From NCBI GenBank assembly GCA_029243395.1, contig JAQWSE010000007.1, forward strand, positions 5,690 to 69,689: 64,000 nt of DNA, given 5' to 3'. The position numbers were made by a program, and so were the translations under genes. Shown here in pieces: positions 20,394 to 31,185 of this stretch. The stretch's first letter is position 1. Each line of letters starts with the position of its first letter. The notes under the pieces were generated by a model that was not told the origin of the DNA, did no database searches, and saw only the letters and a program-made list of their open reading frames with translations. This stretch comes from Paracoccaceae bacterium (GTDB lineage Bacteria; Pseudomonadota; Alphaproteobacteria; Rhodobacterales; Rhodobacteraceae).

Positions 20394-21425
20394 CTATAAT
20401 TCCATGTTTTTGGTCAAACCTAGAATTTCGTAGGTTGATCTAATTATTGGATCAGAAATTTTCCTAGCACTGGTGGCACCATCATTCAATATTTTATCGA
20501 TTTCTTCTGGCTGCTTTAGTAGTTCCTTTATCTTTTTCGAAATGGGCTCTAATTCGCTAACAAGTAATTCAACAAGTTTGGGCTTGAAGTAACTAAAAGG
20601 CTTACCGCTAAAATCTGTCAAAACATCTTCTGGTGAACAATTTATTAGAGACGCATAAATGTTAACAAGGTTATGGGCTTCTGGCCTTTTTTCTAGGAAT
20701 GAAATATCTTCAGGTATGGGTTCCTGGTCTGTTCTTGCTTTACGGATCTTGAGAGCTATCAGATCATTATCATCTTGCACATTAATTCGACTCATGTCTG
20801 AGGAATCTGATTTAGACATTTTTTTTGATCCATCTCTTAAACTCATAATTCTGGGTGCAGTTTCTTCAATAATAGGTTCAGGGATAGGAAAAAAATTGAC
20901 AACTTTGAAGTCGTTATTAAATTTGGTTGCTATATCTCTGGTCAATTCTAAGTGCTGTTTTTGATCCTCACCTACTGGAACGTGGGTGGCATGATAAGCT
21001 AGAATGTCAGCAGCCATAAGAGCAGGATAAGCAAAAAGACCTACAGATGCATTTTCTTTATTTTTTCCTGCTTTATCCTTAAATTGGGTCATTCTATTTA
21101 ACCAACCCATTCTAGCAATGCAATTAAAAATCCAGGCGAGTTCGGCGTGACCACTAACTTGGCTTTGACTAAAAAGAATTGATTTATTTGACTCTAGGCC
21201 ACAAGCAACAAATGTTGCGGCTAGTTCTCTAATAGAATTTCGCAAGACCTTTGGGTCTTGCCAAACAGTGATCGCATGAAGGTCTACGATGCAAAATAAA
21301 GCCTCATTTCCCCTGGATTGAAGTTTGACAAAGTTTTTCACAGCTCCCAAATAATTACCTAAATGAATATTTCCAGTGGGTTGTACCCCAGAAAAAATTC
21401 TCTTTTTGTGTTTTTGACCAATCAT
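20394..21425 (-). CDS. trpS: tryptophan--tRNA ligase
   Basis: 343 aa. Contains [17 protein letters not shown] and KMSKS. Confidence 0.95.
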   Translation of the reverse strand: MIGQKHKKRIFSGVQPTGNIHLGNYLGAVKNFVKLQSRGNEALFCIVDLHAITVWQDPKVLRNSIRELAATFVACGLESNKSILFSQSQVSGHAELAWIFNCIARMGWLNRMTQFKDKAGKNKENASVGLFAYPALMAADILAYHATHVPVGEDQKQHLELTRDIATKFNNDFKVVNFFPIPEPIIEETAPRIMSLRDGSKKMSKSDSSDMSRINVQDDNDLIALKIRKARTDQEPIPEDISFLEKRPEAHNLVNIYASLINCSPEDVLTDFSGKPFSYFKPKLVELLVSELEPISKKIKELLKQPEEIDKILNDGATSARKISDPIIRSTYEILGLTKNMEL

Positions 21426-21507
21426 CAGTTAACCACTTCCTTAAATTGCTCAGCTTGTGCGTTTCAATACAGGGAAATTTTATCTAGGACAATAAATTGT
21501 TTTGCAA

Positions 21508-23025
21508 TCAATTACCGTTCTTATTTGTTATTCCTAAAAACCATAGGACGCAAAAGTAGGTAGATGAACTAAATAAAATCAACAAAAAGAGGTAAAGTGT
21601 TCTGAGATGACTAGTTGTTAATAAATCAAAGTATTCAAATGATACTACTATTAAAATTGCAGATAGTATAGCTGTGGCGACCAATATCTTGATAAATGGG
21701 TTAAGTAAGGCCAAGCTCATCTTAAAACCTAAAGATCTAGATTTTTTGTACAAAAGTATAGCCATTATCCAACTGGATACAGTTGTACTTATAACTGGAG
21801 CCAGGTAGCCGAAGAATTTGATAAGAGAAAAGGCTATTAACACATTGGTTAACATGGCAATCACTGCTATTTTGAATGGTGTAGTGGTGTCACCATTTGA
21901 AAAGAAAATAGGTGTGAAGATTTTGTGAAGTACATAAGCTGGGAGGCCAAAGCCATAAATAGCTAAGGCTCTTGCCGTAAATTGGCTGTCAACATTTGAA
22001 AAAGCCCCCCTTTCAAATAAAACTGAGATTAGAGGTAAAGGGATTATCAAGAGTGCTGCAGTCGCTGGAACCGTTAACATAGCAGCGATTTTTAGGCATT
22101 CCTGAACAGCTTCATTCATCTTTATTGGGTTGTTCAACACAGTTTTTTCCGAAAGTCTTGGAAGCAAGACACTACCTAGTGCAATGCCAATCACCCCTAA
22201 TGGAAGTTGGTACAATCTATCAGCATAGTTTAACCATGCTATAGCACCATCAAAATAGGAGGCGATTTGTCTACCTATGAGCAAGTTAATATGTATTATG
22301 CCACCAGATAAAACGGCAGGAAATGCAATTATGGTAAGTCGTTTCAACTTCTGGTCAAACTTTGGCCATACAATTTTTGGGAAAAAACCTAGTTTACTAG
22401 CTGATTGGATCAGAATCAGTAACTGTATCAAGCCAGATAATGGAACAGAGATACAAATCAACAATCCCATATCAAAGTCTAATCCATACGAGATTAACAT
22501 AGCAAAAATTAAGAATATGTTTAGGACTATAGGGGCAGCAGAAGTGGCGCTAAATTTACCATATGAGTTTAAGATGCCTCCGAAAAGTGATGACAGAGAA
22601 ACCATGAAGATATATGGAAATGTGATGCGGCCGTAATAAACTGCAAGATCAAACCTGTCGTCAGAACCAAACCCTCCCGCCATTGCCAAAACCAGAAATG
22701 GCATAAAGATTATTGCTAGTGAACAAAATGTTATTAAAGTTAAAATCAATATTGAAAGTGTATTTAAGGTGAACTTTAGAGCTTCATCCTTATTGTGCAT
22801 TTGCTTCTTGAAGAGTGGGATGAAGGCAGCATTAAAGGCTCCCTCAGCAAAGAATCTACGAAAAATATTTGGTAATGAGAAGGCTATTATAAAGGCTTCA
22901 CCTACTGGACCGGATCCCAAAAATGCGGCCAACATGATATCTCTAACAAATCCGAATATTCGACTTACAAATGTCCAAATACTCACTGTGAAGAAGTTTT
23001 TAATAATCTTTGATCTAAACTTCAT
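21508..23025 (-). CDS. murJ: lipid II flippase MurJ
   Basis: 505 aa polytopic protein containing SRIFGFVRDIMLAAFLGSGPVGEAFIIAFSLPNIFRRFFAEGAFNAAFIP. Confidence 0.93.
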   Translation of the reverse strand: MKFRSKIIKNFFTVSIWTFVSRIFGFVRDIMLAAFLGSGPVGEAFIIAFSLPNIFRRFFAEGAFNAAFIPLFKKQMHNKDEALKFTLNTLSILILTLITFCSLAIIFMPFLVLAMAGGFGSDDRFDLAVYYGRITFPYIFMVSLSSLFGGILNSYGKFSATSAAPIVLNIFLIFAMLISYGLDFDMGLLICISVPLSGLIQLLILIQSASKLGFFPKIVWPKFDQKLKRLTIIAFPAVLSGGIIHINLLIGRQIASYFDGAIAWLNYADRLYQLPLGVIGIALGSVLLPRLSEKTVLNNPIKMNEAVQECLKIAAMLTVPATAALLIIPLPLISVLFERGAFSNVDSQFTARALAIYGFGLPAYVLHKIFTPIFFSNGDTTTPFKIAVIAMLTNVLIAFSLIKFFGYLAPVISTTVSSWIMAILLYKKSRSLGFKMSLALLNPFIKILVATAILSAILIVVSFEYFDLLTTSHLRTLYLFLLILFSSSTYFCVLWFLGITNKNGN

Positions 23026-23047
23026 TCTTTTCTCACGAATCTTTCTA

Positions 23048-25828
23048 CTAGGATCCTATTAGGGTTCCAGCTTCAACGGCGTCTTTAAGTTTCTCAGCAA
23101 GTTTTATCCGTTTATTTTCTGAATATAATTTTAATCCAAAGAGATCTTTAACATAAAAGGTGTCAACAGCTTGCTCTCCATAGGTAGCAATAATGGCAGA
23201 AGCAATAGTGATATAATTATTAGTCAAAGTTCTAGCTAAATCATGTAAAAGGCCAAGACGATCTCTAGTATCAATCTCAATGATGGTATAAATTTCAGAA
23301 CCTTCATTGTCGAAAGTAATATTTGTAGGAACTTTAAAGTCTTTTTCCTTTTTTCTAATCTTACCTCTTTCCTTTAAAGCATCTCGTGGTATTATTTCGC
23401 CTTTTAACGCATTTCTAATGGTTTGATTGAGGTGATGAAGACGGTTTTCTTCGAATGGCGTTGAATTCTTACTCTGCAGCCAAAACACTGCAGTAGCATA
23501 TCCATCCGCAGTGGTATACGTTCTGGCATCTATCACATTGGCACCAGCCAAGGCTATAGCACCGGCTAGTCGTGAAAAAAGGCCAGGATGATCTTCCATG
23601 AGAAAGCAGGCTCGGGTAGCATCCCTACTCGCGTCTTTTTCTATTTTGGAGATTATTTCTTCAGTTGCCTTTGTCCTGCCTAATGTAGCAAAGACTGATT
23701 GGGTTTCACAATTTAGACCAAGATAGAAGCCTGTATAATGGCGATTGATCTCTTCAAGAATTTTATCTTCTGACCATCCTGTTAAGGCTTTTCTTAAAGC
23801 AAATTTTGCATGATTTACTTGTTCAGGTCGCGATATGGCTTCAAAGTTTTCCTTTAAGACATTGATTGTTTTTGCAAATAGTGTGCGCAGCATTACTGCT
23901 TTCCAATTGTTCCAAACATCCGGTCCAACGCCTCTAATATCACAAACAGTAAGTACTGTTAGCAACCTTAACCGGTTAGCGGATTTTACTGTGCTTGCAA
24001 AGTCTTTAATGGTCTTAGGATCAGAAAGGTCTCTTTTCTGAGCGATGTCAGACATGAGTAAGTGATTTCTTATTAACCAGCTTGTCAATTCACGCTCTTC
24101 TTTATCAAAGCTTAAACGTGAGGTGACTAGTTTGGCTATTTGTGATCCAGCCAAGCTGTGATCTTCGGGCAATCCTTTCCCAATATCATGCAATAGTAAA
24201 GCAATGTACAAAACCTTCCGATTAACACCATCTGCTAAGATTTTTGAGGCTAGAGGTAAATCTTCTCTCAATGATCCCTGTTCTATTTGAGCTAGCGTTT
24301 TTATGCATTGAATGGTGTGCTCGTCCACCGTATATTTATGATACATATTGAATTGCATCATGCCCACGATTCTTTCAAACTCCGGAATAAACTTTCCAAG
24401 AAAGCCTACCTCATTCATTCTCCTGAGAGCTCTTTCAGGATCACCATAATTCAAAAACAGGTCTAGAAAAATTGTTGTTGCTTCCTTACTTTTTATAAAA
24501 TTTTCATCAACTAAATCTATGTTTCTGGTGACCAAATGGAGGGCATTGGGATGAATTAACCGACTGCTTTTGAGTCCATTTTGAAATAGTTTAATAAGGT
24601 TTATCGGGTCTTTGACAAATGTTTCTGAATTTTCAACATTTAGTCTACCATGGGTTAGGGAGAAACCTTTTTCTATATTAGTATCAGCGTTCTCAAACTT
24701 TTTTTTAATTTTTTTTAGAATATTTGGTGTTTCTTTTACGTGTTGGGATTCCATTCTCGCTAGTAAAATACGGGTTAGTTCCCCCACATTTTTGGCATGT
24801 AAAAAATAGTTTTGCATGAATTTTTCCACGCCTAAGAGGCCACCAGTGTTCTTAAATCCTAAGGACTTTGCTATGGGGACTTGGACATCAAAACTTAGGT
24901 TTTCATTGGCTCGATCTGACAAAAGATGGAGGGCACATCTGACAGTCCACAAGAAATTTTCAGCTTTGGAGAAGATATTTAAATCATTGGCAGAGAATAT
25001 ATTGAAACCGATGAGGTCTTCCTTGCGTTCGATTTTATATACATATTTTGAGATCCAGTAGAGGTTCTGTAAATCTCTAAGGCCTCCCTTTCCCTCTTTA
25101 ACATTTGGTTCTAACAGATATCTTTCAGATCCTTGTTTTTTGTGTCTGAGGTCTCTTTCTTTTAATTTTTCTGAGATGAATTCAGAGGCTGTGTTTTTGA
25201 AGACTTCTGACCACAATCTTGTATCAAGCTCTCTTGCTAGTCTAGATTCTCCAAAAATAAAACGATTTTCTAGTAAAGTAGTTCTTATGGTAATGTCGCT
25301 TTTGGCTAATCTAATGCTTTCTTCCACATTCCTAACGGAATATCCTACCTTTAGGCCTAGATCCCACAAAAGATACAATATGCTTTCGATAACATTTTCT
25401 CCCCAGGCCGTTTGTTTATATGGGGTAAGAAATAGTAAATCCACGTCTGAATAGGGTGCCATCTCGGCTCTACCATAACCACCAACTGCTATAACAGAAA
25501 TGCTTTCACCTTTTGTTGGACTGACTAATGGAAACATTTTCTCCAAAACTAATTTGGCTATAGATCTAAGAATTCGATCATTGACAAGAGTGTATGCGGA
25601 TAGCGATGAAGGTGCTAAATGAGGTCGCTTTCTCAACTTTTCAGCCACCAATTCGGTGGCCTGCTGTTTTACATTTTTTAGTTCAGATAGAGCTATGGCG
25701 TGAAATCCTCCACCATTTTTTTTGGTATCTTCTTTATTAATTTTCTTTACTAGATCTTTTTCATTTAGAATCTTTTCTAAACCGATAAAAGGTTTACTAA
25801 GTATTATTGGGTTCAATGCATCGGACAC
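23048..25828 (-). CDS. glnD: [protein-PII] uridylyltransferase / uridylyl-removing enzyme
   Basis: 926 aa. Nucleotidyltransferase motif GGYGRAEMAPYSDVDLLFL, HD domain LLHDIGKG, and C-terminal ACT-like repeats. Confidence 0.95.
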   Translation of the reverse strand: MSDALNPIILSKPFIGLEKILNEKDLVKKINKEDTKKNGGGFHAIALSELKNVKQQATELVAEKLRKRPHLAPSSLSAYTLVNDRILRSIAKLVLEKMFPLVSPTKGESISVIAVGGYGRAEMAPYSDVDLLFLTPYKQTAWGENVIESILYLLWDLGLKVGYSVRNVEESIRLAKSDITIRTTLLENRFIFGESRLARELDTRLWSEVFKNTASEFISEKLKERDLRHKKQGSERYLLEPNVKEGKGGLRDLQNLYWISKYVYKIERKEDLIGFNIFSANDLNIFSKAENFLWTVRCALHLLSDRANENLSFDVQVPIAKSLGFKNTGGLLGVEKFMQNYFLHAKNVGELTRILLARMESQHVKETPNILKKIKKKFENADTNIEKGFSLTHGRLNVENSETFVKDPINLIKLFQNGLKSSRLIHPNALHLVTRNIDLVDENFIKSKEATTIFLDLFLNYGDPERALRRMNEVGFLGKFIPEFERIVGMMQFNMYHKYTVDEHTIQCIKTLAQIEQGSLREDLPLASKILADGVNRKVLYIALLLHDIGKGLPEDHSLAGSQIAKLVTSRLSFDKEERELTSWLIRNHLLMSDIAQKRDLSDPKTIKDFASTVKSANRLRLLTVLTVCDIRGVGPDVWNNWKAVMLRTLFAKTINVLKENFEAISRPEQVNHAKFALRKALTGWSEDKILEEINRHYTGFYLGLNCETQSVFATLGRTKATEEIISKIEKDASRDATRACFLMEDHPGLFSRLAGAIALAGANVIDARTYTTADGYATAVFWLQSKNSTPFEENRLHHLNQTIRNALKGEIIPRDALKERGKIRKKEKDFKVPTNITFDNEGSEIYTIIEIDTRDRLGLLHDLARTLTNNYITIASAIIATYGEQAVDTFYVKDLFGLKLYSENKRIKLAEKLKDAVEAGTLIGS

Positions 25829-25841
25829 GGAAATAAAACCT

Positions 25842-27029
25842 CTAAGGGAATTTATTTGGAGATAATTTTAGGATATTTGGTTGGTTGCGTTCAATCGTGG
25901 CGATGGCTAGCTCTTTTTCTGTAGTTTGATCCGATTTGAATCGAAAAATGCCATCGATTCCTATAAAACCATTAGAATTTACTATTTCATTTGTGTCAAA
26001 TAGATTATAATTTTGTTCAACATCCCTTTTTCTTATTAGAGCACCCACTACGGCAATGGCATCATAGGCTAGACTGGATTTCACATGTGGTCTATAGCCA
26101 AATTTTTTAACGAATCTTTTTTCATATATCGCTCTGAATCTGGTATCAGGAATGGCAATCCAAGAGCCTTGTAAAGATGACTCTGACAGGATTGATGAGG
26201 ACAAATCCCATCGTGATAACCCAATTATCTGAATCTTCCCTTTTTCGGTTGAGTTCGTTATATCTTGTAATTCAGCTGCTAAAAGTGAAATCTTTTTATT
26301 TGGATCGTCAGTAAATATGATAGCATCCGTATTTGTATTTATTGCCTTTTTTCTTGCTTCTCTGGCTATTTCTGACAAGTTTTCTAATTCCTGTGTATAA
26401 TTAATGGAGAAAGTCTCTATCCCACCATTTCTCGATACTTTGTCTCGGATCGAATTTTCCAATTCATTATATTTGTTATTAATAGATGAAATGATCCCAA
26501 ACCTATATTTTTTTTGCTCAAGGGAATATTTAATAAGTTTTTCAGCTCTGTTAACAGAAGTGTCCCCAATGACAAAAATATTATTTCCTGCCAATGTTAA
26601 GTCATTAGAAAAACTTATCACTTTTATTCCCTTTGATTTGGAAATGGTAGAAATTGCTTTAGTTGTTTCAGGAAGAAATGGACCCACAATTATATGTGCA
26701 CCATCATTTATCGCAGAATGAACCGAATCAATACTAATATCTTTCCGACCTTCTGTATCATAAATTTTTAATTGAAGATTCAGATTACCTAGATCTTGTT
26801 TTGCTAACAAAGCGGCATCTCTCAGACTTTTACCAATATAGGAAAGTTTTTTTTCTTGTGCTCCAAAGGGTGTCAATACAGCGATTTTTATAGTTTCATC
26901 AGGCTGAATGACATTATTGGTTGTTGATACCAAATTTGTTGAGCAAGCGTTTAGAAGAATAATGATAAGTAAAATTCTCAGAACATAATTTATAAATCTA
27001 GTAGGATAATTTTTCATCTCAGATATCAT
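25842..27029 (-). CDS. penicillin-binding protein activator LpoA-like lipoprotein (type 1 periplasmic-binding fold)
   Basis: 395 aa. Signal peptide with the lipobox-like LLNAC and a PBP1-like body. It is divergent from rsmI, the same arrangement as E. coli lpoA/rsmI. Confidence 0.65.
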   Translation of the reverse strand: MISEMKNYPTRFINYVLRILLIIILLNACSTNLVSTTNNVIQPDETIKIAVLTPFGAQEKKLSYIGKSLRDAALLAKQDLGNLNLQLKIYDTEGRKDISIDSVHSAINDGAHIIVGPFLPETTKAISTISKSKGIKVISFSNDLTLAGNNIFVIGDTSVNRAEKLIKYSLEQKKYRFGIISSINNKYNELENSIRDKVSRNGGIETFSINYTQELENLSEIAREARKKAINTNTDAIIFTDDPNKKISLLAAELQDITNSTEKGKIQIIGLSRWDLSSSILSESSLQGSWIAIPDTRFRAIYEKRFVKKFGYRPHVKSSLAYDAIAVVGALIRKRDVEQNYNLFDTNEIVNSNGFIGIDGIFRFKSDQTTEKELAIATIERNQPNILKLSPNKFP

Positions 27030-27136
27030 GCCAGCATTAATAATTTTTTCCTAATTAGTATTTCATTATTTAAATCTATGATGCAATGTGAGGCTTATGA
27101 ATAACACAATTCACATCAAGAATACTGTTTAGAAAT

Positions 27137-28009
27137 TTGAAAAAGGATTTGCAAATAAAGTTTCCAAAGCTTGAACCTGCTTTGTATTTGGTTTCAACAC
27201 CTATTGGGACAGCCGCTGATTTTTCATACAGAGGTGTCAATGTGCTAACTAATGCAGACATTTTATTGGCTGAAGATACTCGATTCTTAAAGAAATTGTT
27301 AAGAATTTTTGAAATAAATTTAAATGAAAGGCCTGTTCGAATATACAATGACAATAGTGACTCTCTTGTTCGTTCAAAGTGCTTAGATGATTTAAAAAAT
27401 AAAAAATCCATTGCTTACTGTTGTGATGCTGGGACACCTTTAATTTCCGATCCTGGTTACAAACTAGTGAAAGCGGTTATTAAAAGCGGTTATGAAGTAA
27501 GATCTATTCCTGGTGCTTCTTCTGTTTTAGTTGCTTTGTGTCAGTCAGGTTTGCCATCAGATCGCTTTTGTTTCGGCGGATTTCCACCTTCACGTAGGAG
27601 TCAGAGGCGAGAATTTTTTAGAACATTTTCACAAATACCAGCTACGCTAATTTTCTTTGAAAGTCCGAGGAGGATAGTAGCAACACTAGAAGATTTACAA
27701 GAAATTTTTGGTGAAGATCATTTTGTTGTTATCTGTCGAGAGTTGACTAAGCAATATGAAGACAATAAACGTGGAACAATAATAGAGTTAATTTCTGAAA
27801 TTAAGAGGAACAGAAATTTACGAGGTGAATTTACACTTTTGGTTGACAGAAAAAAATCTGTTGCACCTGACACAAATCAAATTGTATCAGACCTTACCTT
27901 TGAACTTCAGAGATCCAGTTTAAGGGATGCAGCAGTGGCAGTTGCGGAGAAATACTCTATATCAAAGAAAGACACCTATAAGTTGGGATTGAAAATTTTA
28001 AGAAAGTAG
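27137..28009 (+). CDS. rsmI: 16S rRNA (cytidine1402-2'-O)-methyltransferase
   Basis: 290 aa with LYLVSTPIGTAADFSYRG. TTG start; there is no in-frame ATG upstream of the conserved block. Confidence 0.9.
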   Translation: MKKDLQIKFPKLEPALYLVSTPIGTAADFSYRGVNVLTNADILLAEDTRFLKKLLRIFEINLNERPVRIYNDNSDSLVRSKCLDDLKNKKSIAYCCDAGTPLISDPGYKLVKAVIKSGYEVRSIPGASSVLVALCQSGLPSDRFCFGGFPPSRRSQRREFFRTFSQIPATLIFFESPRRIVATLEDLQEIFGEDHFVVICRELTKQYEDNKRGTIIELISEIKRNRNLRGEFTLLVDRKKSVAPDTNQIVSDLTFELQRSSLRDAAVAVAEKYSISKKDTYKLGLKILRK

Positions 28010-28054
28010 CATGATAGATTTAATCAAATTGAAGTATTTGAAGAAGAAAAAAAT

Positions 28055-29002
28055 ATGGTTTTAAGGGTAGGTTTTCAGATGGATCCTATCCAATATGTGG
28101 ATCCTAATACAGACACAACGTTTCGCCTTGCGGAAGAAGCTCAAGAAAGAGGGCACCTATTATTTCATTATCTTCCCAATGCATTAATTTTTTCTGAAGG
28201 CAGAGTTTTTGCTAAAGGTCATGATTTTAAGGTCGGCAGGGAAAATAATCCTGTTACTACATTTTATGATGAAAAAATTATTGATTTGGGGAAGGACTTA
28301 GATGTGTTATGGTTGCGGCAGGATCCTCCATTCGATATGAATTATTTGACTACAACTTACCTTTTGGATTTTGTATGTAAGGAAACCTTAGTCATAAATA
28401 AGCCGTTCTGGGTTAGAAATTTTCCTGAGAAGCTTTTTGTCCTAAATTATCCTGAACTTATGCCGGCTACTATAATTTGCAGTAGCATCGATGCAATTCA
28501 GAGGTTTAGAGATAAATTTGGAGACATTATTCTAAAGCCACTTTATGGCAATGGTGGGATCGGAGTTTTCAAGCTGAACTATGAAGACCAAAACCTTGCA
28601 GCACTCTTTGAACTGTTTCAAAAAGTTTCTCCAGAGCCTTTAATAGTGCAAGAATTCTTACCTGAGGTCTGTGAGGGAGATAAACGAATCATCCTTTTGA
28701 ATGGGGAAGTTTTAGGCGGAATTAATAGAGTACCTAAGAGTGGGGAAATAAGATCAAATCTGCATGTCGGGGGACAAGCTATCAAAACTAAGTTATCGAG
28801 TGAGGAAATTTTGATATGTGAAAAATTGAGTCAGGCTTTGAAAGATCATGGCCAAATATTTGTTGGGATTGACGTAATCGGTAACAAATTGACTGAAATA
28901 AATGTTACCTCACCAACTGGATTACAGGAATTAGAAAAATTTGAGAATACAAATCTAACATCTAAGGTGTGGGAATTGATAGAATCAAAATTAATTAAAT
29001 AA
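28055..29002 (+). CDS. gshB: glutathione synthetase (prokaryotic ATP-grasp type)
   Basis: 315 aa. Contains MDPIQYVDPNTDTTFRLAEEAQERGH and ATP-grasp C-terminal motifs. Confidence 0.9.
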   Translation: MVLRVGFQMDPIQYVDPNTDTTFRLAEEAQERGHLLFHYLPNALIFSEGRVFAKGHDFKVGRENNPVTTFYDEKIIDLGKDLDVLWLRQDPPFDMNYLTTTYLLDFVCKETLVINKPFWVRNFPEKLFVLNYPELMPATIICSSIDAIQRFRDKFGDIILKPLYGNGGIGVFKLNYEDQNLAALFELFQKVSPEPLIVQEFLPEVCEGDKRIILLNGEVLGGINRVPKSGEIRSNLHVGGQAIKTKLSSEEILICEKLSQALKDHGQIFVGIDVIGNKLTEINVTSPTGLQELEKFENTNLTSKVWELIESKLIK

Positions 29003-29022
29003 GATGATAACAGACAATCAAA

Positions 29023-29664
29023 GTGGATAAAGTAAGGCACCCAAGAGAATTAGTACTACCAATAGTAGCAATGGCTTTTATAGTGCTCATCTCCAATATT
29101 CTAGTACAATTCTTACTAGGAAATTGGTTAACTTGGGGTGCTCTAACCTATCCGTTTGCATTCCTGATTACAGATTTGACTAATAGATTTTATGGGAAAC
29201 ATGCAGCAGCAAAGGTGGTTTTGTGGGGATTTTTTATAGGAGTTTTTTGTTCATTCATGGGAACACAAATAAGTGGAGAATTTGGTCCTTTAGTCACTTC
29301 TAGGATTGCCATTGGTTCTGCTGCAGGTTTTCTAGTGGCGCAGTTATTGGATATCTCAATTTTTAATTTATTAAGAAATAAAAAGTGGTGGAAGGCGCCT
29401 TTAATTTCCTCTTTATTAGGATCTGCTATAGATACCACTATTTTCTTCTTCATTGCTTTTTCAGCCAGTTTAGCTTTTCTCGAACCATCTAATGACATCT
29501 CATGGGCCTTACAAAAAGTTCCTGTCTTAGGTTTGTTTGGGGTTGCCCCGTTATGGATATCACTAGCCTTGGCCGATTTTTTATTGAAAATGGCCTTAAT
29601 AATTTTTTCTCTTATACCCTTTAGGATTCTTACGATTTTTAAATCCTTGAAAACTAATAGTTAA
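29023..29664 (+). CDS. yhhQ: queuosine precursor transporter (YhhQ/DUF165 family)
   Basis: 213 aa membrane protein with LTYPFAFLITDLTNRFYG. GTG start. Confidence 0.8.
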   Translation: MDKVRHPRELVLPIVAMAFIVLISNILVQFLLGNWLTWGALTYPFAFLITDLTNRFYGKHAAAKVVLWGFFIGVFCSFMGTQISGEFGPLVTSRIAIGSAAGFLVAQLLDISIFNLLRNKKWWKAPLISSLLGSAIDTTIFFFIAFSASLAFLEPSNDISWALQKVPVLGLFGVAPLWISLALADFLLKMALIIFSLIPFRILTIFKSLKTNS

Positions 29665-29674
29665 TTAGAGGTTT

Positions 29675-30157
29675 TCAATTTTTTTCTCTTAGGAGGCGAC
29701 CTTGCTGTTTTTCCCAATCTCGTTTCTTTTCAGTTTGTCTTTTATCAACAAGCTTTTTACCTTTACCTACTCCCAATAGTACTTTTGCTATTCCTGCTTC
29801 ATTAAAATAAAGCTTTAGTGGAATAAGAGTCATACCCAATCTCCCTTTATTCTTGATCAGTTTCAGAAGCTCCCTTTTTTTTACTAGTAGTTTTCTCCTT
29901 CTTCTCTCATCATGAGTAAAAGTTTTAGCATTTTTATAGTTAGGGATATAACAATTAATTAACCATAGCTGGTTTTCTTCAATAGATGCATAACTTTCTA
30001 CGACGCTGGTTTTACTCGCTCGCATACTTTTGACTTCGGAACCTTCAAGGACAATACCACATTCAAGTTCTTCTTCTATAAAGTAATTGTAACGGGCTTT
30101 TCTATTCTCAGCTATTAACTTGAGATTTCGTTCTAAGGTGTTTTTTTTGTTCATCAA
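29675..30157 (-). CDS. smpB: SsrA-binding protein
   Basis: 160 aa with IAENRKARYNYFIEEELECGIVLEGSEVKSMR. Confidence 0.95.
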   Translation of the reverse strand: MMNKKNTLERNLKLIAENRKARYNYFIEEELECGIVLEGSEVKSMRASKTSVVESYASIEENQLWLINCYIPNYKNAKTFTHDERRRRKLLVKKRELLKLIKNKGRLGMTLIPLKLYFNEAGIAKVLLGVGKGKKLVDKRQTEKKRDWEKQQGRLLREKN

Positions 30158-30158
30158 A

Positions 30159-31037
30159 TCAGCTGATTAGATTAGCATATGTTAGAGCTTTATCCATTAT
30201 ACTACGAGTTGCTTGACTTATGGGTACCAAAGGTGCACGAACTTCGTTTTCGCATTTTTTTAGTTTGCTTAAGGCATATTTGATTGGACATGGACTAGGT
30301 TCCAAAAACGTTGCTCTATGAAGAGGCAATAGTTTGTCTTGCAAGCTGAGAGCTTTATTGTAGTCGCCCTTTAGCATAGCATTTTGAAAGTCTGCAGAAA
30401 GTCTGGGTGCTACGTTAGCAATAACAGAAATGCATCCTGTCCCACCATGCGCGTTAAATCCCAAAGCCGAAGCATCTTCCCCTGAAACTTGAATAAATTC
30501 ATTGCCACAGTTTTGCCTAGTGTCTGAGACCCTAGTTACGTCTCCAGTGGCATCTTTAACTCCAATGATATTTTTTAGTTTAGATAACTTTGCCATGGTC
30601 GAAACTTCAATATCAATGACAGCCCTACCAGGAATGTTATACACTATAATAGGTAAATCACAGCAGTCATTCAGCATTTTGAAATGTAATAAGAGACCTT
30701 CTTGATTTGGCTTATTATAGTAAGGTGCTACAATAAGGACTGCGTCAGCACCTACTTTTTTAGCAAATTTCATCAGATTTATGGATTCTTTAGTGTTATT
30801 TGATCCTGCTCCTGCTATCACTGGAACTCTACCCCTGGTTTTTTTAACTATTGTCTCGATTACCTCTTGATGCTCCTCGTGGCTTAAGGTGGGGCTCTCT
30901 CCAGTAGTTCCTACTCCCACTAGGCCATGGCTTCCTTCTTGAATCTGCCACTCCACTAGGTCTTCAAGAGCTTGGTGGTCGATTTCACCATTCAAAAATG
31001 GAGTAACAAGAGCTGGAATTGATCCACGTATCATCAT
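30159..31037 (-). CDS. dapA: 4-hydroxy-tetrahydrodipicolinate synthase
   Basis: 292 aa. Contains GSIPALVTPF, GTTGESPTLSHEEH and the Schiff-base lysine context GVKDATG. Confidence 0.95.
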   Translation of the reverse strand: MMIRGSIPALVTPFLNGEIDHQALEDLVEWQIQEGSHGLVGVGTTGESPTLSHEEHQEVIETIVKKTRGRVPVIAGAGSNNTKESINLMKFAKKVGADAVLIVAPYYNKPNQEGLLLHFKMLNDCCDLPIIVYNIPGRAVIDIEVSTMAKLSKLKNIIGVKDATGDVTRVSDTRQNCGNEFIQVSGEDASALGFNAHGGTGCISVIANVAPRLSADFQNAMLKGDYNKALSLQDKLLPLHRATFLEPSPCPIKYALSKLKKCENEVRAPLVPISQATRSIMDKALTYANLIS

Positions 31038-31185
31038 TTAAAACCTCAAAAAAATATGTACTACCTTAATAGGTAATATTGTTTATCACAAAGTATTGTC
31101 ATATTAAATCCTATAATAGAAGTGGTGGATACATTTTTATGGGAGACGGTTAATTCATAAATCACATAAAAACTTATTTTTTATA

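Noticed and set aside
27076-27411. A 111-aa minus-strand ORF spanning the lpoA-like/rsmI spacer and the rsmI 5' end. The ORF at 27249-27437 is a similar case.
   Set aside because: It overlaps the conserved rsmI N-terminus (LYLVSTPIG), and I recognise no family. It is most likely a chance open frame in AT-rich DNA.
31038-31185. A check for a lysine riboswitch upstream of dapA. I made similar checks for a SAM riboswitch upstream of metK (59907-59921) and a glycine riboswitch upstream of the DMGDH-like gene (54289-54512).
   Set aside because: The spacers are too short or too AT-rich, and they lack the conserved G-rich cores (no GGAGAG...ACCGAAGG-type elements). The metK spacer is only 15 nt.
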